From NCBI GenBank assembly GCA_026387335.1, contig JAPLLX010000006.1, forward strand, positions 44,949-108,948: 64,000 nucleotides of DNA, in the 5' to 3' direction. Made by a program: the position numbers and the translations under genes. The DNA is from Candidatus Omnitrophota bacterium (GTDB lineage: Bacteria > Omnitrophota > Gorgyraeia > Gygaellales > Profunditerraquicolaceae). Shown piece after piece: positions 26,889 to 36,992 of the stretch (position 1 is the stretch's first letter; each line of letters starts with the position of its first letter). The notes below the pieces were generated by a model. That model did not search any database. It was given only the letters and a program-made list of their open reading frames with translations, and had not been told where the DNA came from.

Positions 26889-28481
26889 TTAAGCGATTAC
26901 CCGCGGCTTAGAATACAGATCCAGCATTTGATTCAGGTTATTAATATCCCAGGTCCAGATTTTCTCTTCCAGAGCCCTAAGCCTAGTGTTCGTATCAATA
27001 TCTTTAAGCGTCACGATTATCTTCCGCTGTAGCTTATGCCTGTACCTGCGGCATTCCCTGGAAAATTCTACCACATCCTCTTCGCTCAGCTGCTCCTGCT
27101 TAACCGCTACCAGCCAGAGGCTATCGTTAGAACGGCCGATTAAACCGTTTTTAAGGATGCGGCTATGGAACTCTAACGGCTTGATTTCGCGAAAATGATT
27201 CAGGCGGACTCTCCTTTGCTCCATCTGGACCATTTCGTCTTCAAACGACCCCAATAACTCATTCATCCGCTCCATAAGCGGCTTCTGGGCATTAAGTATA
27301 AATTCCTGGATCATTCCTTCCAGGCTGTCGCGGAATTTATTCTTCTGGCTTCTGGCGTCAAAAGTCAAAGAGGAGAGTTTTTCCTGGTAGACGAATTTCA
27401 TCCAAAAACTAAAGACCCGGTCATTGATCTTTAAGAAATCCCCGCTGCGGGTGACCGCATCCAGCTCCAATAAATGCGTGACCCGGGAAATCAAATCTTT
27501 CTTTTGCAGGCGTAAAAGTTGGGAAATATCCTTGATCCGGTTCCGGCCGCTGGAAATTAGATAAAGTATAGATATGTAATCGTTACTGCAGGGATGGTCC
27601 AGGAAACTTTTTATATAATTAGAGAACCTTTGGTTAAGGATACCGCTGGATTCAAAAAGAAGGTTTTCCAAAATCTCCGCGAGAGAGCCTTCTTTATTTT
27701 TAAGGAGCGCGTCAGCCACTACCTCAAGGTACATAGGATAACCGCCGGTAAAATGGACGATGAAATTATTTAAAGGGAGAGCCAGATTTATACCGGAGAG
27801 CCTAAGGCCTAAATATTCACTGCTGGATTTAACGTCAAACGGCTCAACCGTTATGACTTCAAAGTTACCGAATAAAAGAGATAGGTTTTTAGAAAGTATG
27901 TTCTTGGCCTTAAGCTTCATTGAGCTGACGATAATATACATCGTATTCTTATTGGTAATAAGCAACTTAGACCATTCCCGGTAAAGATTCAGGAAACCTA
28001 TTGCCTCAAGATTTTGGAATTCGTCAAATATCACTACGCAGGATTTTCCTGTTTCCTGGTAGAGGACTTCGCAGAGAAGATTTAATTCGGTGAATATACT
28101 TTTCTTCTTCCTTTTATTCAGGCTGCTTAGGATAAACTTGGCTTTTTCTACTGTTTTGGGCGCGAACCTTTCCGACTTATTGATTAAGAAATCCAGATCT
28201 TCTTTTAAGACCATCGCGCTGTTATTAAGAAAATTATAAAACAGGACCCCGATAAATCTTTTGGCAAAAGAATTAAGCGATTCCGGACGCACGTCAAGAT
28301 AGAGGCTGATGATGCGGTTATCCTGAAATTTATTCAGGAAATTAAATATTATAGAGGTTTTGCCTACCAGTTCATCGCCGATTATGGCAATATTCTGACG
28401 GTAATTGTCTTTTAAGCCGCTTACGCGCTTAACCAATATCTCTTCATAAGCCTTACGGCCAAAGAATATCTTCTTCATCAT
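26889..28481 (-). CDS. Arch_ATPase/ATPase_2 family P-loop ATPase with a C-terminal DUF234-like region
   Basis: Walker A is IIGDELVGKTS and Walker B is VVIFDEFQ. Length is 530 aa. Confidence 0.55.
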   Translation of the reverse strand: MMKKIFFGRKAYEEILVKRVSGLKDNYRQNIAIIGDELVGKTSIIFNFLNKFQDNRIISLYLDVRPESLNSFAKRFIGVLFYNFLNNSAMVLKEDLDFLINKSERFAPKTVEKAKFILSSLNKRKKKSIFTELNLLCEVLYQETGKSCVVIFDEFQNLEAIGFLNLYREWSKLLITNKNTMYIIVSSMKLKAKNILSKNLSLLFGNFEVITVEPFDVKSSSEYLGLRLSGINLALPLNNFIVHFTGGYPMYLEVVADALLKNKEGSLAEILENLLFESSGILNQRFSNYIKSFLDHPCSNDYISILYLISSGRNRIKDISQLLRLQKKDLISRVTHLLELDAVTRSGDFLKINDRVFSFWMKFVYQEKLSSLTFDARSQKNKFRDSLEGMIQEFILNAQKPLMERMNELLGSFEDEMVQMEQRRVRLNHFREIKPLEFHSRILKNGLIGRSNDSLWLVAVKQEQLSEEDVVEFSRECRRYRHKLQRKIIVTLKDIDTNTRLRALEEKIWTWDINNLNQMLDLYSKPRVIA

Positions 28482-29140
28482 GGTAAATAAAATAACGGGT
28501 TTTGCGCAAGATGTCCCCGGCGTACTTCAAAATGTAAATATATGCCCCTGTCTCTTCCGCCGGAGCCGGCCTTAGCGATATTCGTTCCTTTGCGCACGAT
28601 ATCTCCGGCCTGGACAAACACCTCGGCGTTCCTTCCATAAACGGTAAATAACCCGTCGCTATGTTCAATAATTATAGTTTTGCCTAATCCGGCAAAATCC
28701 TTATCCACAAAAACTATTCTACCGCTCCTGGAAGCCAACACATCCACAGAACCATAGGGCGCTATATTTATGCCTTTGTTGAGCATATTATTAATGTTCT
28801 GGCCAAAGGTCCCGGTCACTCTCCCGCGTAACGGCCAGATAAAATCATCATTGTCGTCATATTGAATAGCCTGCGTTTGGGGTTGAGAACGATTGGGAAT
28901 AAAAACCTGCTGGCCTACCTCTACCGCCGTAGTATCGGCTATGCGGTTTACCCTAGCCAATTCTTCCAGATCCACTCCATAAATCTTGGATATCTTCCAG
29001 AGGGTTTGGCCTTTTTCTACTTTATGGTAAATACCTCTTATGCCCAAAGGCGCCTTTAGCGCGGCAGGCTTTATATAAGGCGCGGTCGCGCAACCGACTA
29101 ATCCCAGAACCATAAAAATCATTACCGCTATTCTTTTCAT
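28478..29140 (-). CDS. LysM + M23 peptidase lipoprotein
   Basis: MKRIAVMIFMVLGLVGC is a lipobox. GQTLWKISKIYGVDLEELARVN is the LysM segment. HFEV is the M23 His motif. The start was trimmed so it does not overlap the tRNA. Confidence 0.75.
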   Translation of the reverse strand: MKRIAVMIFMVLGLVGCATAPYIKPAALKAPLGIRGIYHKVEKGQTLWKISKIYGVDLEELARVNRIADTTAVEVGQQVFIPNRSQPQTQAIQYDDNDDFIWPLRGRVTGTFGQNINNMLNKGINIAPYGSVDVLASRSGRIVFVDKDFAGLGKTIIIEHSDGLFTVYGRNAEVFVQAGDIVRKGTNIAKAGSGGRDRGIYLHFEVRRGHLAQNPLFYLP

Positions 29141-29161
29141 TTTCTCTGTGCTTACTATATT

Positions 29162-29235
29162 TGGAGCGGGCGAAGGGAATTGAACCCTCCTATCCAGCTT
29201 GGGAAGCTGGTGTTCTACCGATGAACTACGCCCGC
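29162..29235 (-). tRNA. tRNA-Gly (anticodon CCC)
   Basis: The reverse complement reads GCGGGCGTAGTTCATCGGTAGAACACCAGCTTCCCAAGCTGGATAGGAGGGTTCAATTCCCTTCGCCCGCTCCA. It has a cloverleaf with GTTCAATTC in the T-arm, the anticodon loop TTCCCAA, and an encoded CCA. Confidence 0.88.
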
Positions 29236-30509
29236 ATACACTCATCCATCAACTTAATAGAACAATACTTCCCGCACATTGTGCATACGTCATTATTCCG
29301 TGGCACAGACGATTTACGGTACTCTCCGGCTTTTAGCGGGTCTATAGAAAGCTTGATCTGTTTTTTCCAATCGCGCTTTAAACGGGCCAAAGAAATCTGC
29401 CTATCCCATTCAATCGAACGTTTATTGTTTTTAACAATGTCGGCGGCGTGAGCGGCGATCCTTGAGGCGATTATCCCTTCTCGAACATCATTAGCTGAGG
29501 GATGCCTTAAATGTTCGGCCGGAGTGACATAACATAAAAAATCCGCTCCGCAACTGGCAGCCAAAGCCCCGCCTATCGCGGCGTTAATATGATCGTAACC
29601 GCTGGCTACATCCGTTACTAACGGGCCTAAAACATAAAAAGGCGCGCCAAAACAAAGTTTTTTCTCTAGCCTTATATTCTTCTCAATTTGATTTAAAGGC
29701 ACATGTCCCGGGCCTTCAATCATGACCTGGACATTCCTTTTTTTGGCCCGCTTACTCAACTCTCCTAAAGTCTTTAATTCCGCGATTTGGGACTTATCCG
29801 TAGCGTCCAAGATGGAGCCCGGACGCATCCCGTCCCCTAAACTTAAAACCACATCATACTCATAGGCAATATCCAGTATTTCATCAAAATATTCATAGAA
29901 AGGATTTTCCTGGTTATGGAAAGAGATCCAGTTAGCGATTATTGCCCCGCCCCGGGAAACAATGCTCAGTATTCTTTTATTTTTTTTAAGTATTTGAATA
30001 TTTTTTTGGGTAACGCCTGAATGAATGGTAAAGAAATCCACTCCTTCTTTGGCCTGCTCCCTTAAAACATCCAGCATATCCAACGCAGTAAATTTAAGGA
30101 AGTTCCCTTCCCTTTTTTGGGCATTGACCGCTATTTCATATACCGGGACTGTGCCTAAAGGAACAGTTGAACGCTGGAGGATCTCTTTACGGATGCGCCT
30201 TAAATTTCCGCCAACGCTTAAATCCATAACCGCATCGGCTCCGAATTTTAGGGAAACGTCTAACTTTGCGAGTTCAACTTTCAGGCTGGATTTATCTGTT
30301 GAGGTGCCTAGATTAGAATTTACTTTAGTGCGTAACCCAAAACCCACGGCGCAGGGCTGAGCTAGTTTGTGATATTTATTCTTAAGTATGACAACTTTAC
30401 CTTCTTTAATATATTTCAAAAGGCTTATTTGGCGGACTCCTTCTTCCCGCGCGATTTTACGCATCAAAGGAGTAATGATATTTTTCTTAGCGAACTCAAG
30501 CTGCGTCAT
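29226..30509 (-). CDS. thiC: Phosphomethylpyrimidine synthase
   Basis: It has the C-terminal CTMCGKYCS cluster and a ThiC body (...DHINAAIGGALAAS...). The last 10 nt overlap the tRNA-Gly 5' end. Confidence 0.85.
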   Translation of the reverse strand: MTQLEFAKKNIITPLMRKIAREEGVRQISLLKYIKEGKVVILKNKYHKLAQPCAVGFGLRTKVNSNLGTSTDKSSLKVELAKLDVSLKFGADAVMDLSVGGNLRRIRKEILQRSTVPLGTVPVYEIAVNAQKREGNFLKFTALDMLDVLREQAKEGVDFFTIHSGVTQKNIQILKKNKRILSIVSRGGAIIANWISFHNQENPFYEYFDEILDIAYEYDVVLSLGDGMRPGSILDATDKSQIAELKTLGELSKRAKKRNVQVMIEGPGHVPLNQIEKNIRLEKKLCFGAPFYVLGPLVTDVASGYDHINAAIGGALAASCGADFLCYVTPAEHLRHPSANDVREGIIASRIAAHAADIVKNNKRSIEWDRQISLARLKRDWKKQIKLSIDPLKAGEYRKSSVPRNNDVCTMCGKYCSIKLMDECMRA

Positions 30510-31147
30510 TTGATCTCTTTTAGCTTAGTGGCAAAAAAACTTGCGGACCTAAAACTATCCTTAGAGCTTAAAATTGCCCGGCATAACGCTATTCTATTTA
30601 TTCCGGATGCCACAATCTTTTTTAAGTTAATACGGTTTATATTTCCTATGGCAAAAACCGGTATTTTAATTCTTTGGCTTAAACCACTTAAGCCTTTTAG
30701 GCCTATCGGTTGGCAATCCCGTTTTGTTTTTGTCTTAAATATCGGCCCGATTCCTATATAATCGGCGCCTTCTTTTTGGGCTTTAAGCGCCTGCTTCAGG
30801 TTTGAACAGGAGACCCCGATAATCTTATTTCTGCCCAGCAGGCGTCTGGCCTCCTGAATCGGAATATCCTTTTGACCGATATGTAAACCATCGCTTCCGG
30901 AAAGCTTGGCAATATCCGGATTGTCATTAACGATAAAGAGCGTAGGCGTATTTTTGAGTTCTTGATTAAGGAGAATAGCCTCTTCCAAGAGAACTTCCGG
31001 GAAAGAGCTTTTATCCCTTAACTGGATCATATCTACGCCGGATTTGGCTAGCTTCCTGGCAGTATCTAAAACAGAACGCTTGAATACATCTTTATCCAGG
31101 ATTAGATATAGACGAGATTTTTCCAGCAGCTTTCTTCTCAATCTCAT
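30506..31147 (-). CDS. thiE: Thiamine-phosphate synthase
   Basis: 213-aa TMP-TENI fold (...DGLHIGQKD..., ...GVSCS...). Confidence 0.8.
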   Translation of the reverse strand: MRLRRKLLEKSRLYLILDKDVFKRSVLDTARKLAKSGVDMIQLRDKSSFPEVLLEEAILLNQELKNTPTLFIVNDNPDIAKLSGSDGLHIGQKDIPIQEARRLLGRNKIIGVSCSNLKQALKAQKEGADYIGIGPIFKTKTKRDCQPIGLKGLSGLSQRIKIPVFAIGNINRINLKKIVASGINRIALCRAILSSKDSFRSASFFATKLKEIK

Positions 31148-31535
31148 AAATTTTATACCTGATTCTTTTAAATTTAAGAGCAGAATTTATGTTGATAAGT
31201 TTACTGAATTCTTCTAAAACCCGCGTTGATTCTTTCACCCGCTGGATATTGGCAAAAAAAACATCCTTCAGGCTGCCGCGTTTCAATTCATTCCCTTGGA
31301 GTTTCCTGCCCACATCCTTCTCGGCCGATCTTTCTTTAAGGAGTAAGGACCGCGGAACTAAGGTTCTGGTCAGGGCATCAATTTCGTGCCTTAATTTCTT
31401 CAACTGAAGCGTGAGAGCCCGGTTATTTAATATAAAACGGGTAACTTCCTCGCAGACGCGTAAGCCTTCTTTTAAACGGTTAATATTGGCGTCAATGATC
31501 CGGTTAACTGTACTCTTTTTATTTTGCTTTAGCAA
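31092..31535 (-). CDS. Hypothetical protein encoded immediately upstream of and overlapping thiE; possibly a ThiE-associated N-terminal-domain homolog
   Basis: 147 aa. It overlaps thiE by 56 nt. I did not recognise a domain with confidence. Confidence 0.35.
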   Translation of the reverse strand: MLKQNKKSTVNRIIDANINRLKEGLRVCEEVTRFILNNRALTLQLKKLRHEIDALTRTLVPRSLLLKERSAEKDVGRKLQGNELKRGSLKDVFFANIQRVKESTRVLEEFSKLININSALKFKRIRYKIYEIEKKAAGKISSISNPG

Positions 31536-32025
31536 TTTTCTTTATCAGGTTAGTAGTGGAAAGCCCTTTTACTAACTTTATGGTTGAGACTTTTCCCCCG
31601 TAAGCTTCGACAAGATCGCTTCCGATTATCTTATTCTTCTTCCAGTCCGCTCCCTTAATTAAAATGTCCGGTTTAACCGCTTTTATTATTTTCAGAGGGG
31701 TAGTTTCCTTAAATAAAGTGAGATAGTCAATACTCTCTAGGCTAGCTAATAGCTTAAGGCGATTAGCTTCATCCACTATAGGCCTGTTTTTGCCTTTAAT
31801 CTTTCTAACGGATGAATCGCTGTTAACGGCTACAACTAAGATATCGCCTTTAGCTTTTGAATCCTGAAGGTACTTAGCGTGGCCGTAATGTAAAATATCA
31901 AAACAACCATTGGTAAAAACAATCTTTTTGCCTTGTTTTCTTAGTTTGGCTAGCTCTCTTTTAAGGGATTTTAAAGATTTGATTTTTCTCATCAAGAAAT
32001 GCCGGCTTCTTCTATTAGTTCGCAT
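31519..32025 (-). CDS. D-beta-D-heptose 1-phosphate adenylyltransferase (RfaE domain II-like cytidylyltransferase)
   Basis: GCFDILHYGH is the HxGH nucleotidyltransferase motif. Size is about 160 aa. Confidence 0.75.
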   Translation of the reverse strand: MRTNRRSRHFLMRKIKSLKSLKRELAKLRKQGKKIVFTNGCFDILHYGHAKYLQDSKAKGDILVVAVNSDSSVRKIKGKNRPIVDEANRLKLLASLESIDYLTLFKETTPLKIIKAVKPDILIKGADWKKNKIIGSDLVEAYGGKVSTIKLVKGLSTTNLIKKIAKAK

Positions 32026-32561
32026 ATAATATGCCCTATTACGATATGGGCTTCCTGGATGCGGGCAGTAACACTTGAAGGGACAATCAAAGATATATCG
32101 GCTAACTTTACTATCTCCCCTCCGTCTCCTCCGGTTAAAGCTATTGTCTTAAGCCCCATCTTCTTAGCTTGTTTAAACCCTAATGCCACATTTTTTGCCC
32201 TGCCGCTGGTAGATATGCCCAGGGCCACATCAAATTTTCCGGCTAAAGCTTCGATCTGCCGGGCAAAAACAACTTCATAACCAAAATCATTGGCTAAAGC
32301 GGTAATTACGGATGTATTCGCGGTTAAGGCTATCGCGCCTAAAGCCGGACGGTCTTTTTTAAACCTTCCCACGAGTTCGGCAGCTATATGCTGGGCGTCA
32401 CTGGCCGAACCACCGTTACCAAATATAATTAATTTTCCGCCTTTCCTAAGCGACTCGATTATTGCTGCGGAGATCTTAAGTATTGCACTGACTTCACTCT
32501 TTAATAGCTCTTCTTTAACCTGAATGCTCTCTAATATAATCTCTTTAACTCTTTCTCGCAT
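31992..32561 (-). CDS. gmhA: Phosphoheptose isomerase (SIS domain)
   Basis: The SIS motifs GNGGSASDAQH and ...ISTSGRAKN... are present. Confidence 0.8.
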   Translation of the reverse strand: MRERVKEIILESIQVKEELLKSEVSAILKISAAIIESLRKGGKLIIFGNGGSASDAQHIAAELVGRFKKDRPALGAIALTANTSVITALANDFGYEVVFARQIEALAGKFDVALGISTSGRAKNVALGFKQAKKMGLKTIALTGGDGGEIVKLADISLIVPSSVTARIQEAHIVIGHIICELIEEAGIS

Positions 32562-32580
32562 TTAAATACCTCCCCTACGG

Positions 32581-33612
32581 TTAACCAAAGAATACTTTGG
32601 CGATTTCGTAGAGTTCCATATCTACGGTCTTTAAAGCCTTAACCGCGTCAGCTAAAGGAACATCGATTATTTTCATTCCTTGCAGAGCAACCATTCTGGC
32701 GAATTTCTTATTTTTAATTAATTCTACCGCCTTTACCCCCAATCTTGTCCCTAAAACTCGGTCAAATGCTGTCGGTGACCCGCCTCTTTGTATATGGCCC
32801 AAAACGCTGACCCTAGTTTCATAACCGGTCCTCTTTTCTATTTCATTGCCTAATGCCTCGCCAATCCCGCCTAAGCGCACATGGCCAAATGAATCCAGCT
32901 TCTGCTCCTGGGTGATCATTCCTTTATCGCTAAATTGGGCGCCTTCAGCTACGACCACGATGCTGAATGTTTTACCCCTGGAATGCCTTCTTTTAATTAT
33001 ATTGCAGACTTCTTCAATATCAATAGGGACCTCCGGGATTAAAACCACATCCGCACCTCCGGCAATACCCGCTTCCACGGCAATCCAACCGGCATGCCTG
33101 CCCATTACTTCAGCCACGATAATACGGTGATGGCTTTCAGCGGTAGTATGCAAGCGGTCAATACATTCAGTCGCGACATTTAAAGCAGTATCAAAACCAA
33201 AGGTATAATCTGTCGCTGAAAGATCATTATCTATTGTTTTAGGCACGCCGACAATGTTCGGTATCCCGTCTTGGGTCAACTTAGAAGCGACACCTAAAGT
33301 ATCCTCTCCGCCGACAGCCACTAACGCGTATAAACCCATCTTCTTAAAATTTTCTTTAACCTTCTTTAACTCTTCTTCGTTTTTGTAGGGGTTAGTCCGG
33401 GATGTGCCTAATATAGTCCCGCCCTTAGGCAATATGCCGGAGACCGCGTTTAAATTTAAAGGCATTGTGTCGTTTTCCACTAAACCCTTCCAGCCGTTTT
33501 TTATACCGACCACCTCATAGCCTTCTAAGAAAGATTTCCTCACCACCGCCCGAATGACCGGGTTTAAACCGGGGCAATCCCCCCCGCCTGTCAGTATTCC
33601 GATTTTTTCCAT
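32581..33612 (-). CDS. pfkA: 6-phosphofructokinase
   Basis: IGILTGGGDCPGLN and the PFK core are present. Confidence 0.85.
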   Translation of the reverse strand: MEKIGILTGGGDCPGLNPVIRAVVRKSFLEGYEVVGIKNGWKGLVENDTMPLNLNAVSGILPKGGTILGTSRTNPYKNEEELKKVKENFKKMGLYALVAVGGEDTLGVASKLTQDGIPNIVGVPKTIDNDLSATDYTFGFDTALNVATECIDRLHTTAESHHRIIVAEVMGRHAGWIAVEAGIAGGADVVLIPEVPIDIEEVCNIIKRRHSRGKTFSIVVVAEGAQFSDKGMITQEQKLDSFGHVRLGGIGEALGNEIEKRTGYETRVSVLGHIQRGGSPTAFDRVLGTRLGVKAVELIKNKKFARMVALQGMKIIDVPLADAVKALKTVDMELYEIAKVFFG

Positions 33613-33631
33613 CTTATCCTCTCCTTAAATA

Positions 33632-34237
33632 TTATACCTTGCCATAGCCGCTGAATGGAACAATAGGCCCTTCCTTTTCAAGGTCTTTCTTTCTTTTGTC
33701 TTTTTCGTCTATAGTGATAATTTTAGCCACGTGAATCTTAACGGTAATTTGTTCCTCAATACCTAAAACTTCCTGTATTTTAGACTTGGTTATATCTTGA
33801 AGCCGCGAGGTTAATTCCGGGATATTCGCCTCTTGCTTTAAGACTACCCTTAGGTCTACAATAATACCCTTTTTGGTGGCGATAACATCCGGCCTTAATT
33901 CCTTAATTTCAGGAATTACCCCGGCGAGCCTGCGGATCAGGTCTTCTACCGCTGATAAGGCGATGGTCACTTCTCCGGATGAAGTCGTAAAGGCGATTGT
34001 TTTCTCGCGTTGCAGACGGCCCAGAATCAATTGGGCGAAAGATAAACTTATAAGGATCAATAAAAGCCCGGAGAGCCCGATTATAACCCGGGAATTGGAG
34101 CTGCTTTGAGTATAAATGAATAGATTATTTATATCCTGAGGCTGAAGTAAATTTAAGGCAAAAACAATTAAAACTATTCCCGCTAAGATAATTACCGAAG
34201 AGTAAAACAAAACTCCCAGAACCGTAAATATCCTCAT
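33632..34237 (-). CDS. AmaP-like membrane anchor protein of the Asp23/Gls24 system
   Basis: It has an N-terminal TM and an Asp23-like C-terminus. It is adjacent to Asp23 and overlaps it by 4 nt. Confidence 0.5.
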   Translation of the reverse strand: MRIFTVLGVLFYSSVIILAGIVLIVFALNLLQPQDINNLFIYTQSSSNSRVIIGLSGLLLILISLSFAQLILGRLQREKTIAFTTSSGEVTIALSAVEDLIRRLAGVIPEIKELRPDVIATKKGIIVDLRVVLKQEANIPELTSRLQDITKSKIQEVLGIEEQITVKIHVAKIITIDEKDKRKKDLEKEGPIVPFSGYGKV

Positions 34238-34593
34238 ATAGTGCCCCTTTCTATGCCCTGGACATTAACGTCTATATCCTTTACCGAAAGATTGGTCATT
34301 CTCTCCAACGCCTGCCGCACATTCTCCTGAACCTTACTGGCTACTTCCGGAATATTGTAGCCATATTTGATAAACAAGGGAATTTCAACTTTTACTTCAT
34401 CGGACTTATTTATCTCAATTTTTATCGCCGAAGAAGACGGCTTTCCCATTAATTCCAAAATCCTGCTTTTAAGGTTTGTTCCAAGGCGCTTGACTCCCTC
34501 AATCTCCAGAGAAGCCAAGGAAGATACGGAAGCTATCGCGTTTTTGTGTATGCGTATAAGCCCCAGGTCTGTGCGCGAATTATCCTGCTGCAT
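34234..34593 (-). CDS. Asp23/Gls24 family alkaline shock protein
   Basis: The conserved Asp23 segments are ...IRIHKNAIASVSSLASLEIEGV... and ...KVEIPLFIKYGYNIPEVASKVQ.... Confidence 0.75.
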   Translation of the reverse strand: MQQDNSRTDLGLIRIHKNAIASVSSLASLEIEGVKRLGTNLKSRILELMGKPSSSAIKIEINKSDEVKVEIPLFIKYGYNIPEVASKVQENVRQALERMTNLSVKDIDVNVQGIERGTI

Positions 34594-34595
34594 TA

Positions 34596-35957
34596 CTATT
34601 CTCCTTTTATTTCTTCTTTAAACATATCCTGGACAAAATGCGTGGAGATATCGCCTTTTAAGAAAAGCGGATCAGACATAAGCTTAAGATGAAACGGTAT
34701 AGTTGTCTTTATCGGCGCGATATGGAATTCACTTAATGCCCTGCGCATTATCCTTATCGCTTCCTGACGGTTATTGCCATGAACAATCAACTTAGCTATG
34801 AGAGAATCGTAATAAGGAGGGATTTCATAACCCGCGTAAATATGCGTATCCACGCGCACGTTCGGGCCCCCGGGTAAAACCAGGCTCTCAATCCTGCCGG
34901 GAGAAGGCATAAAATTATTATCCGGGTCTTCGGCGTTAATCCGGCATTCAATTGCTACGCCCTTAATATGGATATCTTCCTGCTTAATTTTAAGTTTTTC
35001 TCCCGCGGCCACCCGTATCTGTTCCTTAATCAGGTCGATCCCGGTAACCATCTCCGTGACCGGATGCTCAACCTGGATACGGGTATTCATTTCCATAAAA
35101 TAGAAATTATTTGTTTTTTCATCCAGCAGAAATTCGATTGTCCCGCAGCTCACATAATTTATAGACTTTATGCCCTTAAGGACCATTTCTCCCAGACGCT
35201 TGCGCATTTTGCTGTCAACCGCCGATGAAGGAGATTCTTCCAGCAGCTTTTGATGGCGCCTTTGAATACTGCAATCCCTCTCGCCCAGTTGTAAAATATG
35301 GCCCTGGCGATCCCCGATAATCTGGACTTCAATATGCCGGGGCTCCTCAATATACTTTTCAATATAAACATTGGGATTGCCGAAATTCGCTTCGGCTTCG
35401 GATTGAGCGGTCATCAGGCTAGAGACCAGGGTAAGGTCATTGTGGCAAATACGCATGCCCTTGCCGCCGCCGCCGGCAGCAGCCTTAATAATTACCGGAT
35501 AGCCTATGGCTTTAGCTGTCTTAAGGGCTTCTTCTTTACTCTTAATTACCGCGGCGCTCCCCGGGACAATAGGCAAACCCGCCTTATGCATGGATGAACG
35601 CGCAGCCATCTTATCGCCCATAAGCCGGATATTCTCCGGGGTAGGTCCGATAAAAGTGATCTTGCAGGATTCACAAATTTCCGCGAAATGCGGATTTTCC
35701 GCCAGGAACCCATAACCCGGATGTATTGCTTCGACATCAGTGATTTCCGCTGCACTTATAATCGCCGGTATGTTTAAATAACTATTGGCGGAAGACGCCT
35801 GGCCTATGCAGATAGCTTCGTCGGCAAACCGCACGTGCAAGGAATCCCTGTCGGCCTGGGAATAAACAGCGACAGTCCGGATCCCTAATTCGTGACAGGC
35901 ACGGATAATTCTTAAGGCGATTTCGCCTCGGTTGGCAATGAGAATTTTTGAGAACAT
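34596..35957 (-). CDS. accC: Acetyl-CoA carboxylase biotin carboxylase subunit
   Basis: It starts [21 protein letters not shown] and has an ATP-grasp body. Confidence 0.92.
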   Translation of the reverse strand: MFSKILIANRGEIALRIIRACHELGIRTVAVYSQADRDSLHVRFADEAICIGQASSANSYLNIPAIISAAEITDVEAIHPGYGFLAENPHFAEICESCKITFIGPTPENIRLMGDKMAARSSMHKAGLPIVPGSAAVIKSKEEALKTAKAIGYPVIIKAAAGGGGKGMRICHNDLTLVSSLMTAQSEAEANFGNPNVYIEKYIEEPRHIEVQIIGDRQGHILQLGERDCSIQRRHQKLLEESPSSAVDSKMRKRLGEMVLKGIKSINYVSCGTIEFLLDEKTNNFYFMEMNTRIQVEHPVTEMVTGIDLIKEQIRVAAGEKLKIKQEDIHIKGVAIECRINAEDPDNNFMPSPGRIESLVLPGGPNVRVDTHIYAGYEIPPYYDSLIAKLIVHGNNRQEAIRIMRRALSEFHIAPIKTTIPFHLKLMSDPLFLKGDISTHFVQDMFKEEIKGE

Positions 35958-35962
35958 ATTAT

Positions 35963-36415
35963 TTAGAGAGGCTCGATTAGAAATACGGGCTGCCCGAATT
36001 CTACGGGCTCAGCGTTATCAACAAGGATCTCCAGGATTTTACCCCGGACCTCTGATTTTATCTCGTTCATCAGTTTCATTGCTTCAATTATACAGATGAC
36101 CTGGCCTGGCTCAATATTCTGGCCTACTTCCACATAGGCCGCGGCTTCCGGGCTGGGAGAACGATAAAATGTTCCGACCATAGGCGATTTTACTTCTAAT
36201 GTCTTAACGGAAGATTCTTTGGCCGTTTCAACAATCTGTTTTAGCCCTGCTTCAGTTACTGCCTGTCTCTCTACGACGATGGGCCCATTATAGCTTTCCG
36301 TTCCCAAGGAGGTTTTTTTAAGCCGGATACGCATGCCTTCTTTTTCTATTTCCAGTTCCACCAGGCCGTTTTCATTCATAAGGTTAATCATCTCTTTGAT
36401 TTCTTTGACGTTCAT
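35963..36415 (-). CDS. accB: Biotin carboxyl carrier protein
   Basis: EAMKLMNEI is the biotinyl-Lys motif. Confidence 0.88.
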   Translation of the reverse strand: MNVKEIKEMINLMNENGLVELEIEKEGMRIRLKKTSLGTESYNGPIVVERQAVTEAGLKQIVETAKESSVKTLEVKSPMVGTFYRSPSPEAAAYVEVGQNIEPGQVICIIEAMKLMNEIKSEVRGKILEILVDNAEPVEFGQPVFLIEPL

Positions 36416-36428
36416 TTAAGGCTCCTCT

Positions 36429-36992
36429 TTAATTGACCCGCTCCACATATTGGCCGGTACGGGTATCCACTTTGATCTTGTCGCCTACATCAATGAACAA
36501 AGGCACCTGAATATTAGCGCCGGTTTCGATTTCCGCCGGTTTGGTCCCGCTTTTAGCGGTATCGCCTTTTATCCCGGGCTCAGTATTAACGATCTTGACC
36601 TCAATAAAATTAGGGAGATTAACAGTAAGGGCTTCATTTTTGTAAAAATAACCCATTACTTCTATATTATCCTTCAGGAACCTTTTATTATCACCTATAC
36701 TGTCCTCGGAAACAGCGATCTCTTCAAAATTATCCTGGTCCATAAAATGAAAAAGGTGGCCCGAGTAATACTGATACTGAAGTTTTCTTTCGTCCACAAA
36801 AGCCTGGTCTATCTTCTCGTCTCCGCGGAAAGTCTTCTCTTGGATATTGGAGTTTTTCATATTTCTTAACCTGGCCCGCACAAAAGCCGCGCCCTTGCCG
36901 GGCTTGACATGCTGGGCGTCAACGACGACATAAACTACGTCATCAACTAATATGGTGACTCCGGATTTTATTTCATTTATGGATAAAGCCAC
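36429..36992 (-). CDS. efp: Elongation factor P
   Basis: ...VKPGKGAAFVRARLRNM... is the conserved EF-P loop. Confidence 0.9.
   Translation of the reverse strand: MALSINEIKSGVTILVDDVVYVVVDAQHVKPGKGAAFVRARLRNMKNSNIQEKTFRGDEKIDQAFVDERKLQYQYYSGHLFHFMDQDNFEEIAVSEDSIGDNKRFLKDNIEVMGYFYKNEALTVNLPNFIEVKIVNTEPGIKGDTAKSGTKPAEIETGANIQVPLFIDVGDKIKVDTRTGQYVERVN

Noticed and set aside
29100-29300. Genomic-island insertion at tRNA-Gly
   Set aside because: No integrase, direct repeat of the tRNA 3' end, or compositional shift is seen on either side. The tRNA is embedded between housekeeping genes.
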